Source: Catajapyx aquilonaris (lineage: Eukaryota). From it: DNA of 51,935 nucleotides. Under the pieces are notes generated by a model. That model ran no database searches. It saw only the letters and a list, made by a program, of their open reading frames with translations, and had not been told where the DNA came from. Both the position numbers and the translations under genes were made by a program. How positions within the stretch are numbered: the stretch's first letter is position 1; each line of letters opens with the position of its first letter. Shown piece after piece: positions 21,601-35,600 of this stretch. The stretch covers positions 1-51,935 of the forward strand of contig JYFJ02002727.1 in assembly GCA_000934665.2 (NCBI GenBank), given 5' to 3'.

Positions 21601-24600
21601 TTGTCTTTGACTTTATACACACAATGGTAAAACCTAAGGATAGCCTCTTATGGTTGAGATATGACCGCGGAATCATATAGTATTTTGATGGCTTGAATAA
21701 CTATATAAACTCTTGAAGCCAGGAAAGACTAGTCACGACATCCCTACAGGCATGAAATCTCTAACTGACTCAGTATTTGGAATGATCAATATACGTACAT
21801 TCTAACCGTGCAACAGTAAGATACTTGTATATACAGGCTAGTCTGTACAACAATGGGTAGGCCTATATGACTTCGGGTTTTCTCATGGGAAGCAAGAAGC
21901 AAGTGGCTATGATTAAAGCACTATATAGTGCACTTTGCACATATCTTCATAATTATCAAACTTTCCAAGAAACCACCTATCTTACCTGGATCTGTTACCC
22001 TCCACATGACCCTTGTGAATTCCGGCATAACCGAAGCAATTCTAGGAAGAGGTTACATCATTCTCAGGGAGTGGAGACATGTTCCGCCTCTACCTACAAC
22101 CCACCAAATTATACAAATTACGTAGTGGCATGAGTTTAAATTACTCTGCCAGTATCCGACGTCATTTATGGCTACTTCTTTGCGCACAAGACAATATATT
22201 TGTTTGAGATCTGCCCCTGGGCAATACAAACATGATGGCATCGGTTATGTTGGCCGTCTCAAGTCTCGCCACATATACTTCCTGCTAATGGCGCGGAACA
22301 GTAGAGATCAAGTTAGTGATGGTCGGGAAATGTGAGAGCGGGACCGAGCAAGAACGTGGAAGATAGAATGATGCTGGAGGGCAAAAACAGATAGATAAAG
22401 TTGGCCTTGCAAATCTGGCGCCACTCTGCTCAAGGTAAAGGCCGAGCCTTTCCCTTATTGCCGCCACTCAAAAATCCAATTATGCAATGGAATCTTTCCC
22501 TGCTTATTATTTCACTGATGGGGCCATTTCAGGCCAGATGGCGTTTTATTCACATATTGACGATAAATATAATAAATTGTACCCCTGGAGTAAGTTTCAG
22601 TATCGTATGGATCTGTATTGGTAGTTTCAAAATGTTTCATATTTTCTCTCCCTCAATAAGTGTCAAAAAATGTATCTAGGCTGATCATATCTCTGGTAGT
22701 TAAGCCTGTAAAAATATTGCAAATTATATCCTTATCCCTGTGAATTTGAGAGTTTAAATTGTTTGGGTATATTGTCCTTTATTCTGTCACACACCACATT
22801 TGTTTTTGAATGGCCCAGTAGAGCAAGAGCGGAAGTCAAGACTGGATTACCTTATTACCTTGCAAGGTCATTTCGAATAAATTCCAGCCTGTTCGTGGCA
22901 CCGCCATTAAATCTACCACATATGGCTGGGATGGCCCTGTCAGGCTTATATCGTTTGTGACTTAACAGTATTAATCTAAATTCAGTTTTAAATATAATTT
23001 TTAAATATCTGCTCGCCACAATTCGTCTATACTGTTGCTTTGTTTTATTCGACCATTACGGATAGCAGGTAATCACTCCATTATAGTTACTGCACAATAT
23101 AATAAAAACGTTGGAATTTTGAATATACCACGTTGTGAACCAGAAAAATGTGAAAATCCAATAAGGCAAGTTGTATGGTCCGTAGGATGATGACACGCGC
23201 TGAAATCTCCATGCCTGATGTGAAGAATCCTGTTTTCCTTGCACATTAAAATGTTGGCTTTTTTCCTTTTCGACCGTCTGGCGTCTTCCTCCTGCTGTTG
23301 CCTGTCACCTTCAATACTAAAGGCCGCAATTAAGAGGGAAAAGAACTCTCTGACTGAAGCGTTTAATTGCATTCAAGGTGGTCAACACGCTTTGGTTCTC
23401 CGTAGATGAAAAATATGCAGTAGATGGATACAGAATAGTGTATATGTCATATGCGATTTAAAATATTAACAAAATGCCGAATCGTCTGAAATGACTTTGG
23501 AGTAACAAGCATATTTCGTGGCTGATAAGAGGGAAGGTCGGAGGGACATCAGACTTAACCTATGTCCTTTTGATGTGTGTAGAACGTTGGAAGGTGACTT
23601 AAATGATCGCAAGATATATTGATTGGGGCGGATGTACACATCACATGGTTACCATTATTGCCTCCTTGTACATATCCATTAATGGATCCACATGCACCAC
23701 GATACAGTTATCAGTGTTCTAATATAAATGGCAGCTGTTATCTATAGTCAAGTTCTAGGTCAACATTTTATCGCAAAACCATCATAAAAGTGATGTTGTT
23801 AATAATTATTAAAATAGGTCACACACAGGGTTTTGGTTCACTGCAGCTTGTTAATTAAGTTTCGTGACAATAATATAATTATTATATGTAATTCTCAGCC
23901 GAGCCATTCTGGGCTACCTGGTGAATAAGCACGGAAAAGACGACCGATTGTACCCACGTGATCCAGTCAAGAGGGCCATGGTAGACAGGATGCTCTACTT
24001 CGACAGTGGCACCCTGTACAAAAGCATTGTCGACTACTTCGTGAGTAGTTTTTATATTTTAAAAGTCAGGACACTGGTGAAATGATGCACTAAGCGTATT
24101 GTAAAATACATAAATATGAAACTTTAAAATGTGGAATATAAAATTTATATACAGTACCGCATATAAGATCAAAGTCATTATTATGTTCTACACCAAAAGA
24201 TAACGTATCTACGTATGTTGTATTATAGCTATCACTGCACCGGTAAGCATTAATTGGGCACTCGAATTACGTTGTTTAAACACAGATGGCCGACAAATTA
24301 TTGTAATTGAAAGTCGAGGGACTTTTCACCTTACAAACAAGGCAGTAAATCCATCAGCTATTATTAAAAGCAAGGCAGTCTTACTTTTAAAAAGTGGTTT
24401 GTTTTTTACCACCTGCTGTTAATTATCCAGGCAATTTGAACGCTCGTGTTAATTCCGAGGATAATAAATTTATTAGCACCGCGACTCACCCAACGTCTTT
24501 CATGCCTGGAAAAACAGAGGAGCAGAATTGCATGTGAGGTGACTTGCCCAGGATTCCATTCTGTTAATTAGGTTGCAAAATGTGCACTATATAGAGTAAT

Positions 24601-26003
24601 TACGTGAATAATTTATTAAACTGATCCAAGTGGCTTCGTGACTGTGATTCAAACTTTTTTTAATAGCACCAGACGTTACGTAGGAAATTTTTAAAATATA
24701 ATATAAATATAAATAATAAAAAATAATATTTTCAGACAACGGACATTATTTTGTGTGGCCTGCATGAGTTGAGACAATAACCAGTAAAAAACCCGAAATC
24801 CCGTACAAATGAGTCTAGGTTCCACTTATGACCACAAAGAAGACCTATCTGTACGAAAAGAGCTTGAAACATTCTCCGTGCGGCAATTTCCGCCCACTCT
24901 TTCATACGAGGCCACCCTAGCAGAACAAGCCATGGTTAAGAGCGCAAAAACGATTACATAAATGATAAGGGCAATCCCACTTCCCACCTGCCTGAATGAT
25001 AATCCCCCCCTCCAAGTGATTCTCATATTATACGTATACAAATCACGCAAAATTGGCACGGTTCTGCATACAAGACTAAAAGATGACCTCCGAGGCGTGC
25101 CCTTTGTCCGTCTTTTGGCATCATGTAGGACTGGAATTCCCCGGGCACGTGTTGCTAACATAGACGCCGATCTCTCCGTGTGGAAATACCAGAGCAGCTA
25201 CATATGGAATAACGTCACCAACCGGTTGGATGCTGTGAGAAGATCGTAACCCTTTCAGGCTATGTAACTTAGCAGCTGACTGAGCACTTAGTGTAAGATC
25301 ATGAATATCGTTCACATAATTGCGATTCCAGTACAATAATAAAATAAATAAAAAATGGCATTGCACACTTAAACGAATAAGGCCAGGTCGCGAGGGGGGA
25401 CGTATACCTGCCAGGATATTATATACTTGGCATGACTTGGCATCGGGGCTTCGGAGACGAAATTATTTCTTTGCACAAAGTGTGATCTGCAGGTTCGTCT
25501 GCAGAATTTACTCTGGAAGGTTGTGGGAATTAATATGAAACAGAACAGGTATCTCTACCTAATGACTAATGATATACTTGTAATAAATGTCGAATTTTGC
25601 TTTAAGAAACCATACGAAAATAGCATTGCATTGTTCTGAACATGCACATGACGCATCCGCGCAATAATCTAACTCTCCATTTCATGGCCAGCAACCACAA
25701 CTAATGGGTCTGGGCCCTGCCGACCCTCAAAGGGCCAACGCACTGAAACAAAGCCTGGACTACTTGGACTTGTTTCTAAGCCAGCAACAATACGCTGCAG
25801 GAGACACCCTCACCATTGCTGATCTGTCCCTCTTGTCCATTGTCAGTCAGCTAGAAGGCATAGACTATAACCTGAAACCTTACGTCAACGTCGATCGCTG
25901 GTTCCAAAAAATGAAATCGGAATTGGCATATTACGAAGAGTGTAATAAGGAAGGGCTGGAATTATTTCGGGAATGGGCCAAGACCAAAATGGCCAAAACA
26001 TAA
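15469..26003 (+). CDS. Cytosolic glutathione S-transferase, Delta/Epsilon-like, complete (219 aa); exons 15469-15615, 18791-18849, 23899-24040, 25692-26003
   Basis: Spliced protein MGTLEFYYMPGSPPCRAV...[60 protein letters not shown]...YAAGDTLTIADLS...; 147+59+142+312=660 nt; all GT-AG. Confidence 0.95.
15633..16009 (-). mobile_element. tRNA-derived SINE (family B), copy 1, in GST intron 1
   Basis: Minus-strand head GGGAGACGGAGTGGCGCCGCGG (A box) ... GGTTCAATCCC (B box); colinear and highly similar to 31222-31549; (TAAA)n tail at 15633-15687. Confidence 0.9.
18791..18849 (+). CDS. GST exon 2
   Basis: TTGCAG|ATGAATCCT...; [19 protein letters not shown](S); AG|GTGAGT. Confidence 0.95.
23899..24040 (+). 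CDS. GST exon 3
   Basis: CTCAG|[13 protein letters not shown]...[16 protein letters not shown]; |GTGAGT. Confidence 0.95.
25692..26003 (+). CDS. GST exon 4 (terminal)
   Basis: CCAG|CAA; QPQLMGLGPADP...YAAGDTLTIADLSLL...AKT*. Confidence 0.92.
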   Translation, partial: QPQLMGLGPADPQRANALKQSLDYLDLFLSQQQYAAGDTLTIADLSLLSIVSQLEGIDYNLKPYVNVDRWFQKMKSELAYYEECNKEGLELFREWAKTKMAKT

Positions 26004-26306
26004 TGCTGTCAGGCGGGTCGGAGGAAAATGTAACACTCTTGGCATGTCTCTTTCACTTTGCAAGCTGCTTTAGACATCATGGCTGATTTTAACTCTTGGC
26101 ACAAGGACTTAATTTCTGTATACGCCCACTATTAAGAGCGTGCGTATATGATCAACTGGCTGGTATTAAATATAGTTTTTGTCAGGAAGAAGCCAAGGAT
26201 GTAGGTAAATTCCTTTTGACATAGTGTATGGACTGGTTTTAAAATTGGCACCTATATTTGCAAAAGTAACACTTCGACACCAAATGACAATATTACATTC
26301 TAGTCG

Positions 26307-26312
26307 AATAAA
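26307..26312 (+). terminator. Candidate GST polyadenylation signal
   Basis: AATAAA ~300 nt after the stop, followed by a T-rich tract. Confidence 0.4.
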
Positions 26313-28155
26313 GACGCATTTTTTATATTTTAAAGACTTTATCATAATGGTCACGGCATCGGCATTCCTTGTGTACATTCCCGTTGTAGTGTATAATAGG
26401 CTACATTGTTTCTGTCAATAAGCATCTCATGATAACGTTTACAAGAAAGCAGAAGCAAACTTAACAGACAGAAAATGCCATACAAAATAATACAATAACA
26501 TAGAGTCATAGACTAGGCCTATTGTTCAGCCGGGACCAAGCAAAAGTTTCGTAGGCCTATTAATGGCAAAGTTTCCAGCACTTCATTCAGGATCAGTTGT
26601 ACAGGCTACATTACCCAACATCGTCAGGGCATTACTATATTGCTCAAGCCATACGTATAATATTATTTACATATCTTATAGTATAATTATGGCATGGTTC
26701 TTCACGCTGTATTGGTGCAGAGATAGTGCACAAATATTGCAAACGCGTACCGAGTTTTTTCTGAGGCATTAAAAATATGCACTCCATGTTGCTGCCTTAC
26801 GTGTACCAAAGATCGATTCAGTACTTTGCCTATTCACTATACCAGGATCAAATTTGCAGACAGGAAAGTCTTCCTGACAATAATTAATATTTTATTAATA
26901 CTAACACGTTACTACTTTCCAATACTGGTGGACCAGTAATATTCTGATGGTATATAAGAGGATGCAACATCACCACACATCTGAAATTTCATTGTAACAC
27001 TGTGACAATGTTTACAAAATTAATCAGAAGTTGCGCATGGTGCAGTAATAATAAATATATACGGTACATGACAGTACGCGTGAGCACCTGAAGTCGTCCT
27101 GCGTCATGTCAGCAGGGTATCTTTTGTTTATTTTGTCTTACAATCTTCACGTAATAGTGACGGCTTGTATATACCAAAGACGTTTGAGAGCAAGTCATTA
27201 TAATTATGTGCGAGTGAGTTCGAACCAATTTATAACATGTTGTTGTCCAACCATAATATTTTGTACAGCTAATTCATTGTTCCGACATTGCTACTTTAAG
27301 TTGGTTTGTTGCTCTTTGCACATGGTGTTTTTCTATACATGTACCGTGTTTAACTAATTTTAGCATGCCTTTGAAATGTTTACAAGGTAGAACTTGAGGG
27401 ATACAATCATAACACTACGCCTAAACTATTTTCATCCCAAGCGATATCCAGATTGCCCGAGAGATTGCCTCCTTCAAAGATACCTCCGTGCAAAGACATT
27501 TTATCTTAGGGAATTCTCGTCAAACGACACATGTCCCAAAAGGGCCGCCCAAAGGCTTGTAATTGGAGCACCGAAGGTAAATCTTGGATAGAGGATATTT
27601 TTTTAAAAAACATTTCCATTAAAAAGAAATTCACGATGGGATATCCTCATTCCTGCAATTTAGCCTTTGGAGGAAGTGTCATTTGGACTAAGAATTCGGT
27701 CAGTCGAAATGTGTTTTCGTGTAGCGGTATAATATGATATCTGCAGAGGCTTCTACCCCGCTAGAACCTGTGGTAGCCAGGTGGTCTGCAGCAGCAAACA
27801 TTCCGTCAAATCTCTGTGAATAAAATAGTGCCACAACATAAACTCTCTAAATGAGCCGTTTGGGAAATGAACTACTGTAGAACAATATTATTTAGGCAAA
27901 ATTTTCGAAAGGAGATGCTTACCTTTTCCACCACCATCTGTAGCTTCTGTATGTATAAAAATCATAGGCCTGTCATAATTTCCTTTCAGTTGTTATCGTT
28001 AATCCTTCGTCAAAACATGCATGTAAGCTTATGACATGAAAGCTGGAACTAAAAATGACTATTGATTCAGTAGAAATTGCCGTAATTAAGCTGCTTTGCA
28101 TGAAAAAGAAAGACATTTGAGTGATTGTACAACATAGCGCAGTATTTTCAAGACG

Positions 28156-28157
<2 letters not shown>

Positions 28158-28246
<89 letters not shown>
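28158..28246. repeat. (TAA)n microsatellite, ~29-30 units
   Basis: Uninterrupted TAA run. Confidence 0.97.
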
Positions 28247-29474
28247 GCTGAATAAAAGACATAGTTCTATCACAGCAATTTATTGGGAGTCCAAAAATAC
28301 AAGGAATATTTAGCTATGAAGAATATATTTTGTTAGAAAAAGGTCTGAGAAAGTGTGCACATTTCGAAAGCAACTTTGTCAGGGAAGTAATTTAACTAAC
28401 CAGATAAGTATTTCTTTGTACGTCTAGTTCCTATGAAAAATGACTTTTGTAACAACAAAATACAACTGATGTAATTTGTTGAATGTATATTTCCAGTGTA
28501 CTGATTTTCAACTTTTAATGCATTTGCAATAAATAAGTAAAACTGAAGCATCATGTCTCTCACCTCATTTACCCTTTACCGCAATATTTATCCATTGTTA
28601 GGCACACATAACCATCCCTGTCCTTTCTATTTTGCAAAGAAATGTTAGAACACAATACAAAACGTATAACGGAAACAGGCGTGTACAGTACAATGATATT
28701 TTCTGTTACATAAAACTGACACTCGCGTTATAGGAAACAATCCAACAGGTTACGTATATGAACTGAAATGTATTATGAGGATGCTGACACAAATGAAACT
28801 GTATACTTTCCTGATGAAATAGGACGCCTAAGATCACAGATAGTACGACAAGAATGGCACGAGTTATACATTATTTCCTATTTTCGTACATCCGGCAGCA
28901 TTGTTTCACTGTATGTGTATTATGGCACTGCAAGATATGGCCAGAATTATTATGAAACAATGAATATGGCGACACAAAACGACAAACACTGAAGAGTATG
29001 GCTGAACATGTGGAATGTCACATCGGACAGGAGACGTCAAGAAGGAAATGCCTGCGATTAAGTTCAATACTTTTGGTGACGATTTCCGCAGGATTTCATT
29101 TCTTTGAGCATTTTTTTTTGAAAACAGAGTTATGACAGTGTTATAGTACAAAGCGACTACTGACATAAATTGGTAACCTTTAGACATTCATTTGCCAAGT
29201 CCAGTAGCCTCTAGAAAACAAAGAGAAACTCGTTGTCAGCGCCAACTATATACTGTACATTCGGACAATTCCTTTTTGTGAAAATTCGAACGTCACAACC
29301 ATTTTGTTCTCAGAAGGTGAAACAGATGCAGGAGAAATGCTGAGATCATCCTCCCAAACGGTTACAATATGACTAGAGTTGGGTTCAGGACATAATGAGT
29401 GTAGGTACATGATGACGTAATCCCATAATATACCAGGTGATTATGTTGCTTCTTCCTCGATGACTCTGATAACT

Positions 29475-29612
29475 TTAGGCATCACCTTTGGAGTCGAAAG
29501 GAGTCCTTACAAGGTAGGTGGTCAGTGTTCCTTTACCTTTCACATAAGTTGGGCCACGACATTCGCATTCGTAGCCCATGGCCATGAGAAGTTTGGCAGT
29601 GTCTTCAGTCAC
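29475..29612 (-). CDS. ADCY2: Adenylate cyclase terminal exon
   Basis: [45 protein letters not shown]. Confidence 0.94.
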   Translation of the reverse strand: MTEDTAKLLMAMGYECECRGPTYVKGKGTLTTYLVRTPFDSKGDA

Positions 29613-32600
29613 CTAAAGTTAAGAAAGGAAGAGGCTTAGAACCTTCTTTTTGGTGACGAATGAAGCGGAGGAGTAAACTGGAACTTATTGTATCATTGAA
29701 CAGCTATTTTTTCATGATTCATTTTTGTAGTAACTTTGTAGTAACAAGGCGTTAAATTTATTAATCAAAATTTTAAATTTCACCATCCTTTTAGCTGCAT
29801 AATAAATATTTTTCTACCTGTATCCTTCCAACGATGCCACACGAATCCATCCTAGATGCCACATTGACTGTGTTTCCCCATATGTCGTACTGTGGCTTTT
29901 GTGCTCCTATAACTCCAGCCACAACTGGCCCATGATTGAGTCCTACAACATACAAAAAAGAAACACTATTTTAGGATGGTGAGATGCACACACGCTAAGC
30001 CCACACATTCCCTCCTAACATAAAACCTCCGCAAGAGGACCCATTAATCGTGCAGTGAAGAGTCCCTGTGACAGGACGTGACATTCTCAACGTTTCCAAA
30101 ATGATGGCCGCAAGTTTGAAGTGGAGCCAACGTACACCCATATTTTTGTGGGTACGGACACGAAACGTGGTGGGAAAGTGCGTGACCTCATGCCATAAAA
30201 TAGTGTCGACATTTTCCCTGCTGCTAAGCATCCTGGTTCCAGAAATAAATTATGATAAATTACTAGTTACTTCTTGTCATAGTGATCTTACAAATAAAAT
30301 ATGCAGTTGACGTCAGTTCTTATCGGTTGTTATTGGGGGAGTTGTAAAGAGTGTCGGAGGAAATAGACTATAGTGGGAGGAAGCGGAGCACTATCTGATG
30401 CTTAGAAAAATTTAGCTTACCTAATCCTTATTGCTACCTTAACATGCGATGGATCCAATGTTAGAAATAGTTATTCTAATAAATTACGGGATGCAATGAG
30501 TCCATCCTTCATATGAGGCGCCTAGAACAAGTGGCCCAAGTCCAAAAATGCAATTTTCGAGATAGGACTGCGGCATCACATTCAGAGAACTACTCCAAGT
30601 TGGTAAAAAAATGATGTAAATCCTAAGTACTCCTTAGTACTAACTGCTAACTTAGCAGTACCATTGCACTACACTGGTACTGCTAAGTTAGCAGCAACTA
30701 TCAGTGAGACGATAATTCCACTCCTATTTTTTATATTTTTATATCCATTGTTAGAGAGTATTTTTAAATTAGGATTTGCGGTTCTACTTTCATGGCATAT
30801 TATAAACCTCAGAAATTGTCCTTTTTATGACTAAAGTCAGTGCTTTTGTACCTGCAGGAATTTCCCTACTGCTGATTAAAATAGATATATGGCTTCACGT
30901 GGTAATAAATGTGCTCATTCTCTGCAGTGCTGTTTCTGCGCCATTGCAATGTGCATGTGGGACGTTACGATGACATTAAAACTCTGCTCAGGTCACGAAA
31001 GGGTAGAATGATATGAGCAAAGATGAAGCAAAGGGAGATGCATGTTATTTCCCCGAGTATTTTCCCCACTGGGTGGGGCAATCATAGTTACAGCACATAT
31101 ATTAAAAACATACCCTATCTCTCGAAAAGGCTCCTTAAAGACACAAATGGCATGTTTTTAAATGAAATAATATTGGCACCGTACAACCGTGCATAGCACC
31201 TTAAATAATAAGTGATGAAGGGGGGAGACGGAGTGGCGCCACGGCAACGTGCGCTCACAGAAGTTAAGGTCCCGGGTTCAATCCCCGCCCGGGGCTCCCA
31301 CCCTCCTTCGTGCAGAGTTGGGCCATCTCTGGCTTCGTTTCGGGTGGGAATTTCCGCTAGACTAACCCACCCGGGGGAGTTCACAAAGTGACCAAGCAAC
31401 GACATTGCACTTGCACTTTGCACATCCCCTCCTAATTACCCTTGGAGAAATTAAATACATACATGTATATGGCTCCAAACCCCAAATGGTGGTAATCCAC
31501 CCCCCTAGAAATGGCCTATCGGCCAGATAACGGGGTACAACAACAAAAAAAGTGATGAAGGTAAATCCTATACCCATTCTCATTCATAAATATTATCATT
31601 ACTGTAGAGTAGCACTGTTTATATGAGAAGATACTGCACTTTTATACTGGGAATAACATTCACATTTCATGTGAGCCTTCCAGAAAAATTTCCCTTTCTG
31701 GTATACGTATGTTCACGCATGAGACTACACCTAATTAAGAAAATTACACATCACATATTCGTCTCATCGAACTCCAGTGGATTACATCACTTCTCAGGCA
31801 TAAAAATGTCGATGATGGAACTCTTTATTTTCTACTGTTTAGTAATCACACATTGAAATATTTTCATCCTGTTTTCACTATAGTCACACTCTGAGATGGA
31901 TCCCACCTAAAGGATATAAATACAAGCTATACAGCAATAATTTGATAAAAGTCCGACTCAAGATGCTACACTTGCACGTATGCAAAAAATAAAAAAGGAA
32001 ATTAGCGGAAAAAGGAAATCCAGACCATGAAACTCACGAGATTCCCTAATTACTGCAAACTCGTTTTACAGGTGAAATATTAGCCCTACATCCGGCCAAT
32101 CTATTTCACAGCATTCAATCCCACAAAGAGTGATATTAGTCACAGAACGGGGTTGTACGTAATGTAATAAAGATGTTGCGTGATCGTGACTGGAATAAGA
32201 TAGGATAGAAATAAAAATAAAATAAAGATGCAGTAAAAAAGGGCGTGAGTCGTTCCGCAACACATGCATCAGTGATGTACAGTACACCCGAGAGGGAATT
32301 CCCTACATACGTATTCCTGGAATTTCCCTTCTGTTTCCAAACAAAAATTATTATAGATATTCTATTCAGGAGCAAGAAAGTTTATGTGAGTTTTCAATTG
32401 CAGGTCTAAATTATGACAAATATTTATCTTTAAATAAAAACAAATTTCACAGTCATAAAATTATCAATACTCACCAATGCGAAGCTTGAATCGTTGGAAG
32501 GATTCCTTATTAATCTGATCAAGAATAGTCATCAATGCAATGGCAAAATCCACAACAACCGCAACGAGATGCTCCGCTTGTCGATTGTTGTCCTGGAGAC

Positions 32601-35600
32601 AAGAAGAAAATTATTTATATTTGAAGTTTTTAATCACATCAGATATGCAGATATGAATGTAATACATCAGCTTTACAGAAGTCACACAAGAACGAAGTGG
32701 GGAGGAGAGAAACTATACGTCAACACCCATTTTGCGGATCCGGATTTCCTGTCAAGGATTGCGTGATCAATTTCTCCATGCATGATGACGCAGAGGTACT
32801 GTATACTGTACCGGCAGACATGACTTCATACTACATCAGTTGCTGGTAAATAAATATTATGAAATAATAATATTATTTTACAGTATTTCAACACTTTCAC
32901 GACTAAATAAAAATTTAAGAGGACATCATATGTGTTCGCAAATTATTTGGCATACAGGTTAAGCATAATTTCATTATCTTTCCAGTTCCATTTAATTTTA
33001 AAGATGAACATCTAGGCTAGAGATACCCTATTTCTTCACTGTTACGAAGCGGTCAGGTTACTGACCGCATGAAATATATTTTAGACATTGGCGCAAATTT
33101 TGCATTTCCGAAATCCACAAAAATAGTTAATGCGTCTATTTTTGCCCAGAAATCCTCGAGATGTCTTCCAGATGTAGATGCCGCATATGCGTCCTAAATA
33201 TAACCTCTGGAGAGGAAATGAAATTATAATCTGAGTGAAATTCCAAATAAACCCAATGCCGCGTGCGAGAGGATTTTGCCATTTCAAACTGTATAATTTG
33301 TGCAATAAATTTGTACAATTGCGTAAAATAAAAAACCCTGTTTTATTAATAGACTACTAGAAGATATTGGGATCACATTTAAAATATGAAACGTGCTTTC
33401 TCTGACGAATACACTTACCGTTTTCGATGACTAATCCGTGAAGCACAAAAGCAACAGGAAAATTGATTTGAATTTTTCGAAGTGCTTATAAAATAACGAA
33501 AAGCTTAAAACTTCTATGTAACATTCTTGCAATAAAATTTTAACACTGCTTCATATAAACTCTGGCCAAATACCATTTTGTAGCATGATAAATATATATT
33601 ATTGATTATACCCATGTGCTCCACTCTTCCAGTTACTGCTTTGATGTCTGAATGACTAGAACATGACTACCAAATTGTGATATTAGAATCACAACCTGAC
33701 TAATACACCCCAGTCATGACCCCCAAGCACCCCTCGGACACCAACAAAGAGAGCTTGCACAACAGTAGTCAATGCAACAATGTGCAGTTCAAGAACCCCG
33801 GGTACAAACAGGCAGACACATGCAAAACTGAATTTCATCCCATCTAGTGACACGAAACATAACTGCTAAGCAAGAAAGCTTACCCCGCCCTCTTCTTTTC
33901 CCGGCTGCAAACCAGCCGCCACCATGTAAGTGCTGCCAATTGTCTTGATCTTCTCGATACAACTGAACTTTGGCTTCAGCAGCAACTGAAAAGCATTCAA
34001 AATAATTATTATACATATGCGAACATGGCTTCTGAAACGTCCAATAATTTTCTCTCTCGCAACAATCCGACTCCCACTACCTTAACGTAACTTTACGACA
34101 TTCGCCCTCCAGTAATATACACCGGAAGCATGTAACTAGGTTGAGTAGATCCTTGGGAAAAATAGAAGTGAAATGTGTTTTGCTGCCTCGACTCGGGTGG
34201 TAATAATTAATTCAATCCAGGCACCGTAGGTCTCTCGAGGTCATTTTATTCAGGTCTCCCGGAGTGCACTCCGGAGATTTTTGCCGACGAAATTCCCCGG
34301 CCCGGAATAAATACGACCCCCTGTAGGCCTCAGGCTTGTTTGCACTGTTTCCAACATACTGTTGAAATCCGGCTGTATAGGTCTATCTCCGTCCGGAGTG
34401 GCAGGCTATTTTACTCTGATTATGCCAGCTATCATTTGTGTCCAAACTCGGTTTAACTAATCTTACAGTATGAATGAGATTAAAAACCTGGCTACATGAG
34501 AAGGGTTTCACCAGGAAGATCTTAAGTTAGTTGTTCCGTACATGTTAGGGCAGGGATGTGCGTGTTCAAAGTGCGATGGAAGCAGAGGAGAGAAGTAAAC
34601 CTTTGTAAATCCGGATGTTGCTTTCTATAGAGTAAAATATAGTCTGCTCTAAATTCAAAAGGCGGGGCACGGGCTGAGTGCTGATGATGGAAAGCTTAAC
34701 TGGGTGAACATTCACTCAGGTTGATAAGACATTTTGTTATTGGAAGATAGTTTATTTTTATAGCCACTAACCAATTTCATCAATGTTGTTTATGTGCCTA
34801 ATGGATTTTATATTTCAATAGTACAGAATAATTTCACTTTTCATTTGGGCGACCCTTATAGCTAGTAAACTCTTTAAAGCGCGATTATGGTATTGATTCA
34901 AAATCTAGTTCGAAATTCAAGGAAAAATGGCATATATTTCGTTACTATACATTATGCGTATACTCTCTTCCTCGGATGATGGTGGAGAATATAGCAAAAG
35001 AATAAATGGGAGGTGGAATAGGGGAGAAGGGGCGGGGAGACGAACTCTTGAATTCACCCTTATCCTCTCATGGGGAAGATGGGCCTCTTCATCGGAGTAA
35101 AGAGGTAATTGTCGGGGGAGAAAGGACCAGCCCAAGGATGGAGCCTAGCAAAGATCAGCACAGATTTCCAGAGCAAAGTGCCGAATTATGCTACGTTGAT
35201 TTAAAAAAAGAGATTCAAATTTTCCTTTACTACCTTTAAAGAGAAGTCGTCTGGGATATAGGCTAATGAAGTTGGAAAACTCGGAGAAGATAATTTTGTA
35301 CTTCCTGTTAGTACCGGTACGTAAAATAAGTATAAGTTGTATGGGGCGGTATGGGATATGCATCTGCCATTGTACTATTGGAAGGGAAAAAGTGGAGTGG
35401 ACGTTTGGAAGTTTTAACGTGCTTTTATTCCGGGGCTAGGATAACCGCAGAGCGTCTGGCATTGTTCAATGACAGAGTGCAGCTGAAACCACGAATTGCA
35501 CCATTACTTGAACTTGAAGTGGAGGAGGTTGCTGTCTACAATCTACATTGAGTGCCTTCTTGGACGACCTTGAAATCAGGGGTGGCATGTGCAGGCGGTC

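Noticed and set aside
24826..25366. Cluster of ~100-aa ORFs in GST intron 3
   Set aside because: No recognisable motifs or convincing splice sites in any frame
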